Assembly: GCA_902789675.1 (NCBI GenBank)
Contig: CADAPG010000005.1
Span: forward strand, 868-64,867
Direction: 5' to 3'
Source: an uncultured Eubacteriales bacterium
Lineage (GTDB): Bacteria; Bacillota; Clostridia; Christensenellales; CAG-138
DNA length: 64,000 nucleotides
Under the pieces are notes generated by a model. The model saw nothing but the letters and a program-made list of their open reading frames with translations. It was not told the DNA's origin and ran no database searches. The translations under genes were made by a program, and so were the position numbers. Positions 36,294 through 45,101 of the stretch are shown here, one piece after another (within the stretch, counting starts at the first letter, position 1; each line of letters starts with the position of its first letter).

Positions 36294-36656
36294 ATGGAAA
36301 TCGAATTGGGCGCCGTACAGGAACGCTTTGCCGATCTCATCTGGGAAAGGGAACCGATCGACTCGGGGGAGCTTGTCAAGCTCTGCGCCGAACGCTTTGA
36401 ATGGAAAAAATCCACCACGTATACCGTTCTTCGAAAGCTCTGTGAGAAGGGGCTGTTTGTGAACGAAAACGGTACGGTTCGCGCCTGCATGCAGCGGGAC
36501 GCGTTCTATGCGAAGCGCAGCAAACAGATCGTTGCGGATTCGTTCAGGGGATCGCTGCCCGCGTTCTTCGCTGCGTTCCTGTCCGATCGCGGGCTTTCGG
36601 AAAACGAGGCGGAGGAGATCCGGACCATGATCGACGCGTATCGGAAAGGGGAATGA
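36294..36656 (+). CDS. blaI: BlaI/MecI/CopY-family transcriptional repressor
   Basis: 120-aa winged-helix protein (KKSTTYTVLRKLCEKGL). Translationally coupled to an M56 peptidase gene. Confidence 0.8.
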   Translation: MEIELGAVQERFADLIWEREPIDSGELVKLCAERFEWKKSTTYTVLRKLCEKGLFVNENGTVRACMQRDAFYAKRSKQIVADSFRGSLPAFFAAFLSDRGLSENEAEEIRTMIDAYRKGE

Positions 36657-38947
36657 CGATGGAAGCCGCCTTTTTGAAGATTCTGAACATGAGCCTTTCG
36701 GCAAGCATCCTGATTCTTGTCGTGCTGCTTGTGCGGCTGCTGCTGTTTCGCGCGCCGAAGTGGGTGCGCGGCGTCCTTTGGGCGATCGTCGCGGTGCGGC
36801 TCGTGCTGCCGTTTTCCATCGAGAGCATTTTCAGCCTGATCCCAGCGGCGGAACCGATCCCGAACAACATCGCCTTGATGGAGCATCCCGCGGTGGAAAC
36901 GGGCATTCCGATCGTGAACCGGTCGGTCAATCCGGTGATCGAACGGCAGTTTGCGCCGAACCCGGCAAACAGCATCAATCCGCTGCAGGTCGTGACGTAC
37001 GCTGCGGCGATCATTTGGATCGCAGGCGTTTGCGGCATGCTGCTCTTTCTGTTTCTGAGCTGCCTCCGTGCCAAAAACAGCGTCCGCGCGTCGGTTCCGA
37101 ACGGGAGCGGCGTTTATCTCTGCGACGAGATCCGTTCTCCGTTCATCCTCGGCATGTTCCGCCCGCGCATCTATCTGCCGTCGGATCTTGAGGGGACGAC
37201 GCGCGAAAGCGTTCTGATGCACGAGCGCGCGCATCTGCGCCGCCGCGATCATTGGTGGAAGCCGCTCGGGTTTCTGATCCTTGCGGTGCATTGGTTCAAT
37301 CCGCTTTGCTGGCTTGCCTACATCCTGTTTTGCCGGGACATTGAATCCGCGTGTGACGAGAAAGCGATCGCGCAGATGGATCGCGAAGGCCGCGCCGCCT
37401 ATTCGCAGGCGCTTCTGGATTGCAGCCGCCCGCAGCGCGTCGTTTCGGTCTGTCCGCTTGCATTCGGAGAAAACGGCGTCAAAAGCCGCGTGAAGTCGGT
37501 TCTGCACTACAAGAAGCCGCTTCTGTGGATCTTCATCGCGGCGATCCTCGTATCCGTGATCGTTGCGGTATGCTTCCTGACGAACCCGAAGGCAAAGCGC
37601 GAAGCGGAGAGGCAGGCGGCGGAAACACAGACGGCTGCAGCCGAAACGCCTTCTTTGTCAAATGCGCCGGAGTCTGCCGAGCCTGCGCCGACGCCGTGGG
37701 CGGGGGACGGACATTGGTACACGTTTCAGCTTACCGCGCCGGGACTGATCAGCTCGATCGGAACAGAGTATCTCTATGTTCCGGAGGGATACACGGTATG
37801 TCCGATCAACAGCGTCGCGATCGGGAAGCTGAAGGGTATGCGCAGTGAGACCAAGGTCTATACCGCCGATCCGGAGGAACGCGTGATCTGGTTCGAATCC
37901 TGGTTTTCGTATTACCGGTCCGGGCTGGCGCTGCCGAAACCGGATCCCAAAACCTGCAATTACGCAATCAGTGTTTATCATGCCGATTCGGAATCTTGGA
38001 TGTATCTTTCGGAAGAAGCAGGCAAAGAGCTGCATACTCTTTTGAACAGGCTCGATACGGAGGGCGAAAAAGCGAAGATCTCAGAGTTCGATAAGACGGC
38101 GAATGTTTACCAAACGGTCCCGGAGATTCCGGGTCTGCTGCATGACACAAGACTGCTTCTCGCTCGACGCAACGGAGATGCATTTTTGTATGCGGGAAAA
38201 ACGAGGGCGTATACCAAAGAAGGAACCGCAATCAAAATGAATGCGGACAGCGCTTTGTTCCGCGAGTTTGCCGCGGCGCTCGACGTCAGAACGACGCCGG
38301 TTCCGCTTCCCGCATTCACGGAAATCGACGGCGGCATTACGGACGGCACGAACAACTATTATGACGCGCCGCCGCACTGGCATCTGTTTTTTGACGAGAG
38401 AGAGTTGAGCTTCGAGGAGACGATCGGCGAGATCAAGATCAAGGACGATGCGGAGAGCGATGCGCATATAGAATCTGTCCGGTCGTTTGCAAAGGCAAAC
38501 CGGTTTTTGAAAATATGGGATAAGCGGTATCCGTATCAAGACAGAACATTGATCCGCGAGGGGGAAGCTCTGCGGGATCCGTTTGGGGATGGATTTTCCG
38601 TCTATCTGCTGAATGACAATAAGAACGTAGACCTTCCGCTGTCCGAGGAGGCGAGCGCAGAGCTTTGCGAACGGTACAAGGCGGCAGAGAACGGAACGGC
38701 GGATGCAGTGACGCCGATCGACGAAAATGCAGAGGAATACGGCACGCTGATCCTCAGGAACATCCGGTATGACAGCATACTGTGCTATGAGTTCGCCGGG
38801 ATCCGCATCCTGGGCGAAACGATCTGGCTCAGCACCATGGACACCGGTCTCATCACGGAGATCCCGAAAGATACGGCGGCATATACCGAATTGATGGAGA
38901 TCTACAAAAACAACAAGCTGCCGCAGGGCGTGTTTGTTCTTCACTGA
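36653..38947 (+). CDS. BlaR1-like M56 peptidase/sensor with an uncharacterised ~450-aa extracytoplasmic C-terminal region
   Basis: N-terminal TM helices and the Zn motif MHERAHLRRRDHWWK. The C-terminal region shows no PBP motif triad that I can see. Confidence 0.8.
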   Translation: MTMEAAFLKILNMSLSASILILVVLLVRLLLFRAPKWVRGVLWAIVAVRLVLPFSIESIFSLIPAAEPIPNNIALMEHPAVETGIPIVNRSVNPVIERQFAPNPANSINPLQVVTYAAAIIWIAGVCGMLLFLFLSCLRAKNSVRASVPNGSGVYLCDEIRSPFILGMFRPRIYLPSDLEGTTRESVLMHERAHLRRRDHWWKPLGFLILAVHWFNPLCWLAYILFCRDIESACDEKAIAQMDREGRAAYSQALLDCSRPQRVVSVCPLAFGENGVKSRVKSVLHYKKPLLWIFIAAILVSVIVAVCFLTNPKAKREAERQAAETQTAAAETPSLSNAPESAEPAPTPWAGDGHWYTFQLTAPGLISSIGTEYLYVPEGYTVCPINSVAIGKLKGMRSETKVYTADPEERVIWFESWFSYYRSGLALPKPDPKTCNYAISVYHADSESWMYLSEEAGKELHTLLNRLDTEGEKAKISEFDKTANVYQTVPEIPGLLHDTRLLLARRNGDAFLYAGKTRAYTKEGTAIKMNADSALFREFAAALDVRTTPVPLPAFTEIDGGITDGTNNYYDAPPHWHLFFDERELSFEETIGEIKIKDDAESDAHIESVRSFAKANRFLKIWDKRYPYQDRTLIREGEALRDPFGDGFSVYLLNDNKNVDLPLSEEASAELCERYKAAENGTADAVTPIDENAEEYGTLILRNIRYDSILCYEFAGIRILGETIWLSTMDTGLITEIPKDTAAYTELMEIYKNNKLPQGVFVLH

Positions 38948-38960
38948 TGCGCACGGTGTA

Positions 38961-39017
38961 AAGCGCGGAATCGCCCGCAGAGTCTCGGGCTTGCGTATTT
39001 TTTGCGAAGAGCGGTAA
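38961..39017 (+). repeat. Decayed, non-coding duplicate of the last ~19 codons plus stop of permease 2b (36094-36153)
   Basis: The blocks cgcagag[t]ctcgggcttgcgta and gcgaagagcggtaa are shared in the same order. Indels break the frame. Confidence 0.85.
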
Positions 39018-39031
39018 GAGAATGACGCATG

Positions 39032-39058
39032 GGACCGTCCTTTCGGGCGGTCCTTTTT
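39032..39058 (+). terminator. Intrinsic terminator after the relic and the blaR1-like gene
   Basis: GGACCG ... CGGTCC followed by T5. Confidence 0.6.
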
Positions 39059-39127
39059 CCTGCCGAAAATACCGAAAAAGTTCACAATTCAAAAAAAGGG
39101 TTTTGGCAAAAAACGTCGTATTTATTG

Positions 39128-39334
39128 TAATTACATAGATATAATTACATAGATATAATTACATAGATATAATTACATAGATATAATTACATAGATATAA
39201 TTACATAGATTTAATTACATAGATTTAATTACATAGATTTAATTACATGGATATAATTACATGGATATAATTACATGGATTTTATTACATCAATGTAATT
39301 ACATAGAATGAAATCAAATGAATGTAATTACAGG
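39128..39334 (+). repeat. 13 tandem copies of a 14-bp AT-rich unit (TAATTACATAGATA and variants) plus one detached partial copy
   Basis: Units were counted base by base. There are 5x ...atagata, 3x ...atagatt, 2x ...atggata and 1x ...atggatt, then 2 degenerate units. A 15-nt spacer follows, then taattacagg. The 10-bp palindrome TGTAATTACA occurs at 39126, 39293 and 39322. Confidence 0.95.
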
Positions 39335-39341
39335 TATTTAC

Positions 39342-39377
39342 AAAACGCCTCCCCGAAAAAAGCAGGGGAGGCGTTTT
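39342..39377. terminator. Bidirectional intrinsic terminator, serving the ade operon on the minus strand
   Basis: 13-bp stem AAAACGCCTCCCC / GGGGAGGCGTTTT. It begins 4 nt beyond the minus-strand stop at 39381-39383. Confidence 0.85.
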
Positions 39378-39380
39378 CTT

Positions 39381-39971
39381 TCAGTTCTGAAAATTGCTCA
39401 GCGATTCGCCGTTCAGCCAGCGGACAAGCTCGGGCGGCGTGTCGGGCACGTTGACGGTCGTGAAGGTCGTGCGCTTCGGCACCATGCTTTCGGGGTCGTC
39501 GCTTTCCGCCCAGATGAGTCGCTGCAGGACCTTCTTTTCACAGCCGACCGCGCCCGCTTCGGGGAGCTCCTCGATCTGCAAAAGGATCGAAGCATGCTTC
39601 TGATCGGAGCTCCAGCGCCCGAAATTCGTCGTCGGACGCTTCCAGAGCCATTGCATCCGCTTGCCGCCGTCCTCGACCTTTTTGCGCTTCAGGTAGCCGT
39701 TGTGGATGTCCTGCGTGCAGCGCATCAGCCAGATGACGTGGTAGCCCGCTTTCTGAAACAGCTCGCACACGTCGAAGAACGTCGCCTGCATCAAAAGCCC
39801 ATCCTGCAGCATCATGGCGTTGTGTCCGACGAGCACATAGGCGATGTGCGTCACGCCGTCGACGGTCACGGGGACGTTGCGGCATTCCGGCGGGAACAGC
39901 TCCTGCCACTGCGACCGCCAGACCTCATGCATAGACTGCGTAAACGGTTGTTTTTTACGGAACAGACACAT
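39381..39971 (-). CDS. Hypothetical protein, possibly an inactivated CoiA-like/PD-(D/E)xK-type fold (very tentative)
   Basis: Start chosen at MCLFRKK (AAGAGG 8 nt upstream). THIAYVLVGHNAMMLQDG...FQKAGYHVIWLM loosely recalls the HIADV...IEFQHS...Y..G..VIWL pattern, but with the acidic residues replaced. Confidence 0.5.
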   Translation of the reverse strand: MCLFRKKQPFTQSMHEVWRSQWQELFPPECRNVPVTVDGVTHIAYVLVGHNAMMLQDGLLMQATFFDVCELFQKAGYHVIWLMRCTQDIHNGYLKRKKVEDGGKRMQWLWKRPTTNFGRWSSDQKHASILLQIEELPEAGAVGCEKKVLQRLIWAESDDPESMVPKRTTFTTVNVPDTPPELVRWLNGESLSNFQN

Positions 39972-40064
39972 AGGCATTACCTCTTGTTGGATCATAAACG
40001 GAATCGACAAATTTCAGGCGCGTTGAAAACGCGCGCGCGGATGCAGCGGGGGAAGAACGAAGCA

Positions 40065-41795
40065 TCAATCCGTCGAATCCGGCGACATGTGCGGCGAATT
40101 GTACAAAAACGACATCGTCCGCACGTCGAACAGTCCGCAGTCGGTCAGACGCACCTCCGGGATGACCGGCAGGGCAAGGAAGGACAGCAGAACGAGCGGG
40201 TCGCAGGCGTCGTCCGCGCCGAGCGCTTTTGCGGCGCACAGCAGCTCGCGCTGCTTTTCGAGCACGGTCTCCACCGGCGCGTCGCTCATCAGCCCTGCGA
40301 CGGGCAGCTCCAGAAGCGCCTTCACTTCGCCGTTCGAGACGACCGTGAACCCGCCGCCGCACGCCTTCAGCGCTTCCACGGCGCAGATCATATCGCCGTC
40401 GTTGTCGCCGACGACCACGATGTTGTGCGAATCGTGCGCGACGGTCGCCGCGATCGCGCCGCCGCGGATGTGCATGCCGTCGACGATGCCGACGCCGATG
40501 TTGCCGGTGGCGTGATGCCGCTCGATGACGGCAAGCTTGTTCAGCACGTCGTCCGCGACGAAGTATCCGTTCTCGTCGGTCGGCACGGTGCCGGAGACGA
40601 GCCGCGTCACGAGCTGGTGCGGAACGGTCTCGATGATCGGCATGAAGGCTTTTGCTTTCAGCCGGAGGTCGTCCGGCGTGACCGGCGCGGCGTGGACGCT
40701 GTTTTTCACGCTCTCGGGAACCGCGGGGGAGGGGATCGGCGCGTTCGGGTCGATGCGGACCCCGTTTGCAAAGACCGCCTTCGGTTCGATCGTGTGCAGG
40801 TCGTCGAACAGGATAAAGTTCGCGCGGTATCCCGGAGCGACCGCGCCGACGCGGCGAAGACCGTACGCCCTTGCCGTATTCAGCGTCGCCATGCGGATCG
40901 CGTCGAGCGGACGAATCCCGCGGGAGATCGCGGTGTTGACGATGTGGTTGATGTGTCCCTCGGTGCGGATGTTCTCAAGATGCTTGTCGTCGGTGCAGAA
41001 GCAGATCCGGTCGGTGGGAAGCCCCTCCGAAACGATCCCGTCGAGCATCTCCCGGACGCCGTTTGCCGCCGAGCCCATGCGGATCAGAATGTACATGCCG
41101 TTGCGCAGCTTTTCTTTGAGCTCCGGGAAGTTCGAGCATTCGTGATCGGTCATCGGTCCCGCCAGACAGTAGGCGTTCAGCGCGCGTCCGGTGAGCATCG
41201 GCGCGTGACCGTCGATCGGACGGTCGAAAAAGCATTGCAGCTTAAAGATCATCTCCGGCGCGCACGACACGACCGAGGGATAATCCATCACTTCGCCGAG
41301 CCCGACCACGCTCGGTTCGTCCATGAACACGGCAAGGTCCTTTGCGGAAAGCGAAGCGCCGCTGTGCTCGAACGGCGTTGCGGGAACGCAGGAGGGCAGC
41401 ATGAAGTGGATGTCCAGCGGCAGGTTCTCGGAAAGCGCCATGATCGCTTTGAGCCCCTCCTTGCCCGCGACGTTTGCGATCTCGTGCGGGTCGGCGACGA
41501 TCGAGGTCGTGCCCTTCGGCAGGATCACCTGCGCAAAAGAAGCGGGCGTGACCATCGAGCTTTCGATGTGTACATGCCCGTCGATGAACCCCGGCGCAAG
41601 GTACGCGCCGTGGGCGTTGTATTCGTTTTCGCACGAGTAGTTTCCGACGCCGATGACCGTGTCGCCTGCGATCGCGACGTTCGTGTGCATGATCTCGTTG
41701 GTAAAGACGTTGATCACGCGCGCATCCCGGATGACAAGGTCCGGTTTGCCTTTGCGCGCGGCGGTGATCAGCCGGGGAAGATCGCCTGCGTTCAT
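40065..41795 (-). CDS. ade: Adenine deaminase
   Basis: The N-terminus LVIRDARVINVFTNEIMHTNVAIAGDTVIGVG and the metal-binding FIDGHVHIESSMV are typical of Ade. Start MNAGDLPRL at 41795; the upstream extension was rejected. Confidence 0.9.
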   Translation of the reverse strand: MNAGDLPRLITAARKGKPDLVIRDARVINVFTNEIMHTNVAIAGDTVIGVGNYSCENEYNAHGAYLAPGFIDGHVHIESSMVTPASFAQVILPKGTTSIVADPHEIANVAGKEGLKAIMALSENLPLDIHFMLPSCVPATPFEHSGASLSAKDLAVFMDEPSVVGLGEVMDYPSVVSCAPEMIFKLQCFFDRPIDGHAPMLTGRALNAYCLAGPMTDHECSNFPELKEKLRNGMYILIRMGSAANGVREMLDGIVSEGLPTDRICFCTDDKHLENIRTEGHINHIVNTAISRGIRPLDAIRMATLNTARAYGLRRVGAVAPGYRANFILFDDLHTIEPKAVFANGVRIDPNAPIPSPAVPESVKNSVHAAPVTPDDLRLKAKAFMPIIETVPHQLVTRLVSGTVPTDENGYFVADDVLNKLAVIERHHATGNIGVGIVDGMHIRGGAIAATVAHDSHNIVVVGDNDGDMICAVEALKACGGGFTVVSNGEVKALLELPVAGLMSDAPVETVLEKQRELLCAAKALGADDACDPLVLLSFLALPVIPEVRLTDCGLFDVRTMSFLYNSPHMSPDSTD

Positions 41796-41862
41796 GGGAA
41801 CGGATGCACCTCGTTTCGTATATTTTTTACAGTATACCACGATTTGCACCCGAAGACAATCG

Positions 41863-42255
41863 CTAAAGCAAAGAATTCCACGAAAAAAGTTCGATCCCCT
41901 CGATGCGGACGAGGATGGAGCGCGCCTCGGCAAGCGCTTCCGCCGCCGCGCCCGTGTCATCCGCCCGCGCGGCGCAGTCCGCAACGGCTGCCGCCGCGTC
42001 GAGCGCGTCGATGCTTGCATGGTTCAGAAACCGTTCCAGCACCGGCATCCGATCGCGCACAAGGGTTTTGAGCGCGGCGCAGTGCGCGCGCGCCGCTTCG
42101 GGATCGCCGCCGAGCAGCGCGGTCTCGGCGTCGCCGATCAGGGCGTCCGCTTCCTCGGAAAACCGCCGGAGGATCGCCGAGGGAAGCAGAAACAGCAGCA
42201 CCAGAAACGCGCAGATCAGCAGCGTCACGGTCGTGCGAAAGATCGTAAAGCCCAT
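41863..42255 (-). CDS. DUF4363-like small membrane-anchored protein
   Basis: N-terminal TM helix followed by an Ala-rich helical domain. AAGGAG lies upstream of ATG42255. Paired with a DUF421 gene, as is commonly seen. Confidence 0.5.
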   Translation of the reverse strand: MGFTIFRTTVTLLICAFLVLLFLLPSAILRRFSEEADALIGDAETALLGGDPEAARAHCAALKTLVRDRMPVLERFLNHASIDALDAAAAVADCAARADDTGAAAEALAEARSILVRIEGIELFSWNSLL

Positions 42256-42291
42256 TTTTTCTCCTTTCCTGCGGGGCTGCCGCAATGTATT

Positions 42292-43008
42292 CTAAGGCTC
42301 GTTTGCCGAAAAACACATCACGCGGCTTTGGTTTTTGCGGTCCAGCTGCACGTGCAGCTCGCCGTCGCCGTTCATCTGCGCAAAGAAAATGTTAGAAAGC
42401 GCAAGCCCGTTCCTCTTCAGCATCGTCTCCACGTCCTTCTGCGAAAGGTGCAGGGTTTCGAGCCCGCTCTTCTGGATCTTTCCCTCGAGGATCAGAAGGT
42501 GCGAGAGCGCCGCGCTTCCCGGTTCAAGCCCGAGCTCGCGCTTGCTCGGCTGCTGAAACGCCGCCTTCTCGAGCACGCTCACCGTGCCGTTCGTTTCGAG
42601 GATCGCATAGGCGACTTCGCCGACGTCGAAGATGTCCTTCGAACGCAGGCTGTCAAGCAGGTCGCGCACCGTGTAGTTCGTGCGGCGCATGATCTTTTCC
42701 TGCAGCACCCCGTCGAGGATCAGAATCTGCGGCGTGCCGCAGATGAGCCGCCGCATCGCGGACGATTTCAGACACAGCTTCGCGATCGCCTGCTGCACCA
42801 GGTACAGGGCGAGGATCGGCACGATGCTGTAGAGCAGCGGAATGTCCGTGTCCGCGATCGCCGTGCTCGCAAGGTCTGCGATGATCAGCGTCATCAGAAG
42901 ATCGTACGGCTGCAGATCGCTCACCTGACGCTTGCCGGTCAGCCGCAGGATCAGCAGCACGAAGAGGTCCAGAAAAACGGCACGTAAAAACAAAGTCAGC
43001 ATACGCAT
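42292..43008 (-). CDS. DUF421/YetF-family membrane protein
   Basis: LRLTGKRQVSDLQPYDLLMTLIIADLAS and RTNYTVRDLLDSLRSKDIFDVGEVAYAILETNGTVSVL match the remembered YetF pattern. The start is uncertain. Confidence 0.7.
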   Translation of the reverse strand: MRMLTLFLRAVFLDLFVLLILRLTGKRQVSDLQPYDLLMTLIIADLASTAIADTDIPLLYSIVPILALYLVQQAIAKLCLKSSAMRRLICGTPQILILDGVLQEKIMRRTNYTVRDLLDSLRSKDIFDVGEVAYAILETNGTVSVLEKAAFQQPSKRELGLEPGSAALSHLLILEGKIQKSGLETLHLSQKDVETMLKRNGLALSNIFFAQMNGDGELHVQLDRKNQSRVMCFSANEP

Positions 43009-43169
43009 AGCCTGTCCGAAAACGCCCTGCGGCATACGCGGGAGTTGACGTATCAAAAATAATGATATATACTATTTAAAACCGGTAAGAGGAAAAAAAG
43101 GTTTTCCGTCGAATATATCAGTAAGAGGGAGAGATTGAGATGAGATCTCCCGAACGGATGGAGGTATCT

Positions 43170-43505
43170 ATGCTGTTTTCATCGGAAAGCGCCGCAGGCC
43201 TTGATTTCACGGGAGGCGCCGCGGCAACATCGACGCTGATCACGTTCCTTCTGGGCCTCGGCATCGTCTTCATCGGACTGATCGCGCTGATCCTGATCAT
43301 CAAGGTGATGGGAGCGATCATGCGCGCATCCGGAAAGAAAAAGACAAAAGCCGTTCCGCCGGTCGAGGCGGAGAAGCCCGCAGCCGTTCCCGTTCCGGAG
43401 GGCGACATGGGCGAGATCAAGGCGGCCGTCGCTGCCGTCATTGCAACCATGCTGGGCGAAAGCGTCAGCGGGATCCGGATCGTATCGTTCAAAAAAGTGG
43501 ATTAA
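43170..43505 (+). CDS. oadG: OadG-family small membrane subunit of a Na+-translocating decarboxylase
   Basis: Single TM helix LITFLLGLGIVFIGLIALILIIKVMG, first gene of the decarboxylase operon. GGAGG lies 5 nt upstream of ATG43170; ATG43140 is an alternative start. Confidence 0.6.
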   Translation: MLFSSESAAGLDFTGGAAATSTLITFLLGLGIVFIGLIALILIIKVMGAIMRASGKKKTKAVPPVEAEKPAAVPVPEGDMGEIKAAVAAVIATMLGESVSGIRIVSFKKVD

Positions 43506-43523
43506 ACAGGGGGGAAGGAAACC

Positions 43524-43862
43524 ATGCGTAAGTTTTCAGTCAACGTCAACGGAACCAAGTACGAAGTAGAAGTCGAAGAGCTCGACGCAAACGCGGTCGC
43601 GCAGGCGCCGAAGGCGGCGGAACCGGTGAAGAGCGCGCCCGCAGGCGCAGGCACCGAGGTCAGAAGCCCGATGCCCGGCAACATCCTGCAGGTCAACGTC
43701 AATCCCGGCGACACCGTCAAGGAAGGCCAGCAGCTGATGATCCTCGAAGCCATGAAGATGGAAAACGAGATCCTTGCGCCGTGCGCGGGCAGGATCAGCT
43801 CCATCGGCGTCGCCAAGGGTTCCTCGGTCGAAAGCGGCGCGCTGCTTTGCACCATCGCCTGA
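43524..43862 (+). CDS. Biotin carboxyl carrier protein subunit
   Basis: Biotinylation motif ILEAMKMENEI. Confidence 0.9.
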   Translation: MRKFSVNVNGTKYEVEVEELDANAVAQAPKAAEPVKSAPAGAGTEVRSPMPGNILQVNVNPGDTVKEGQQLMILEAMKMENEILAPCAGRISSIGVAKGSSVESGALLCTIA

Positions 43863-43874
43863 TCGGGGGCGCCT

Positions 43875-45089
43875 ATGGAAGCCATCTGGAAAACCATTTC
43901 CGAGTTCTTCTCCGGATCGGGCTTTGCCCTGTTCTTTGAGGGGGACAACTGGAAATGTCTGCTTATGATCGTGCTTGCATGCGGACTGTTGTTCCTTGCG
44001 ATCGTCAAGAAGTTCGAGCCGCTGCTGCTCGTGCCGATCGCGTTCGGCATGCTTCTCACGAACCTGCCCGGCGCGGGTCTGTTCCATGAGGAGTTCTTCG
44101 CGGGCGGGCACGTGCACTGGGAGAACCTCACCGGCGGCGCGGGTCTTCTGGACTATCTGTATCTCGGCGTCAAGCTCGGCATCTATCCGTGCCTGATCTT
44201 CATGGGCGTCGGCGCGATGACGGACTTCGGTCCGCTGATCGCGAACCCGAAGAGCCTGATCCTCGGCGCGGCGGCGCAGCTCGGCATCTACATCGCGTTT
44301 GCGCTCTCCGTGCTGGTGTTCCAGCTTCCGTTCATGAACCTGATGGGGACGAACATCCAGAACGTCGCCGCGTCCATCGGCATCATCGGCGGCGCGGACG
44401 GCCCGACGGCGATCCTCGTCACCTCGCAGCTTGCTCCGGCGTTCCTGGGACCGATCGCGGTCGCCGCGTATTCGTACATGGCGCTCGTGCCGGTCATTCA
44501 GCCGCCGATCATGAAGGCGCTCACCACCAAGAAGGAACGGCAGATCGTGATGGCGCAGCTGCGTCCGGTCTCGCAGGCCGAAAAGATCCTGTTCCCGATC
44601 GTGGTCACGATCTTCGTCGCGCTGCTCGTACCCTCCGCGGCGCCCCTGGTCGGCTGCCTGATGCTCGGCAACCTCTTCAAGGAATGCGGCGTGACCGAGC
44701 GCCTTTCGAAGACCGTGCAGAACGAGCTTTGCAACATCGTTACGATCTTCCTCGGCGTCTGCGTCGGCGCAACGGCGACCGGCACGACGTTCCTTTCGTG
44801 GACGACGCTTGCGATCGTCATCCTCGGCGTGGTCGCGTTCATGGGCGGCACCGCCGGCGGCGTGCTCCTTGCGAAGCTCATGAACCTGTTCCTGAAGCAG
44901 AAGATCAACCCGCTGATCGGCTCCGCGGGCGTGTCCGCAGTTCCGATGGCGGCGCGTGTTTCGCAGGTCGTCGGTCAGAAGGAGAATCCGAAGAACTTCC
45001 TGCTGATGCACGCAATGGGTCCCAACGTGGCGGGCGTCATCGGCTCGGCGATCGCGGCGGGCGTGTTCCTGTCGCTGTTCGGAAACTGA
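43875..45089 (+). CDS. oadB: Na+-translocating decarboxylase beta subunit
   Basis: Polytopic membrane protein of the OadB/GcdB/MmdB type, placed between the BCCP and carboxyltransferase genes. Confidence 0.85.
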   Translation: MEAIWKTISEFFSGSGFALFFEGDNWKCLLMIVLACGLLFLAIVKKFEPLLLVPIAFGMLLTNLPGAGLFHEEFFAGGHVHWENLTGGAGLLDYLYLGVKLGIYPCLIFMGVGAMTDFGPLIANPKSLILGAAAQLGIYIAFALSVLVFQLPFMNLMGTNIQNVAASIGIIGGADGPTAILVTSQLAPAFLGPIAVAAYSYMALVPVIQPPIMKALTTKKERQIVMAQLRPVSQAEKILFPIVVTIFVALLVPSAAPLVGCLMLGNLFKECGVTERLSKTVQNELCNIVTIFLGVCVGATATGTTFLSWTTLAIVILGVVAFMGGTAGGVLLAKLMNLFLKQKINPLIGSAGVSAVPMAARVSQVVGQKENPKNFLLMHAMGPNVAGVIGSAIAAGVFLSLFGN

Positions 45090-45101
45090 GGAGGAACGAC
45101 T

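Noticed and set aside
39128-39309. The 14-bp array read as a CRISPR array or a type III toxin-antitoxin (ToxI-like) RNA repeat
   Set aside because: The units are contiguous with no spacers, and there are no cas genes. The 14-nt period is far shorter than the ~34-36-nt ToxI/CptI-type repeats. No same-strand ORF follows the downstream terminator.
39318-42071. 917-aa plus-strand ORF starting inside the 14-bp repeat region
   Set aside because: It runs antisense through the hypothetical gene and the adenine deaminase, which has clear motifs on the minus strand. The translation is extremely Arg/His/Asp-rich. Its ATG lies in the AT-rich repeat tail and the ORF crosses a strong terminator.
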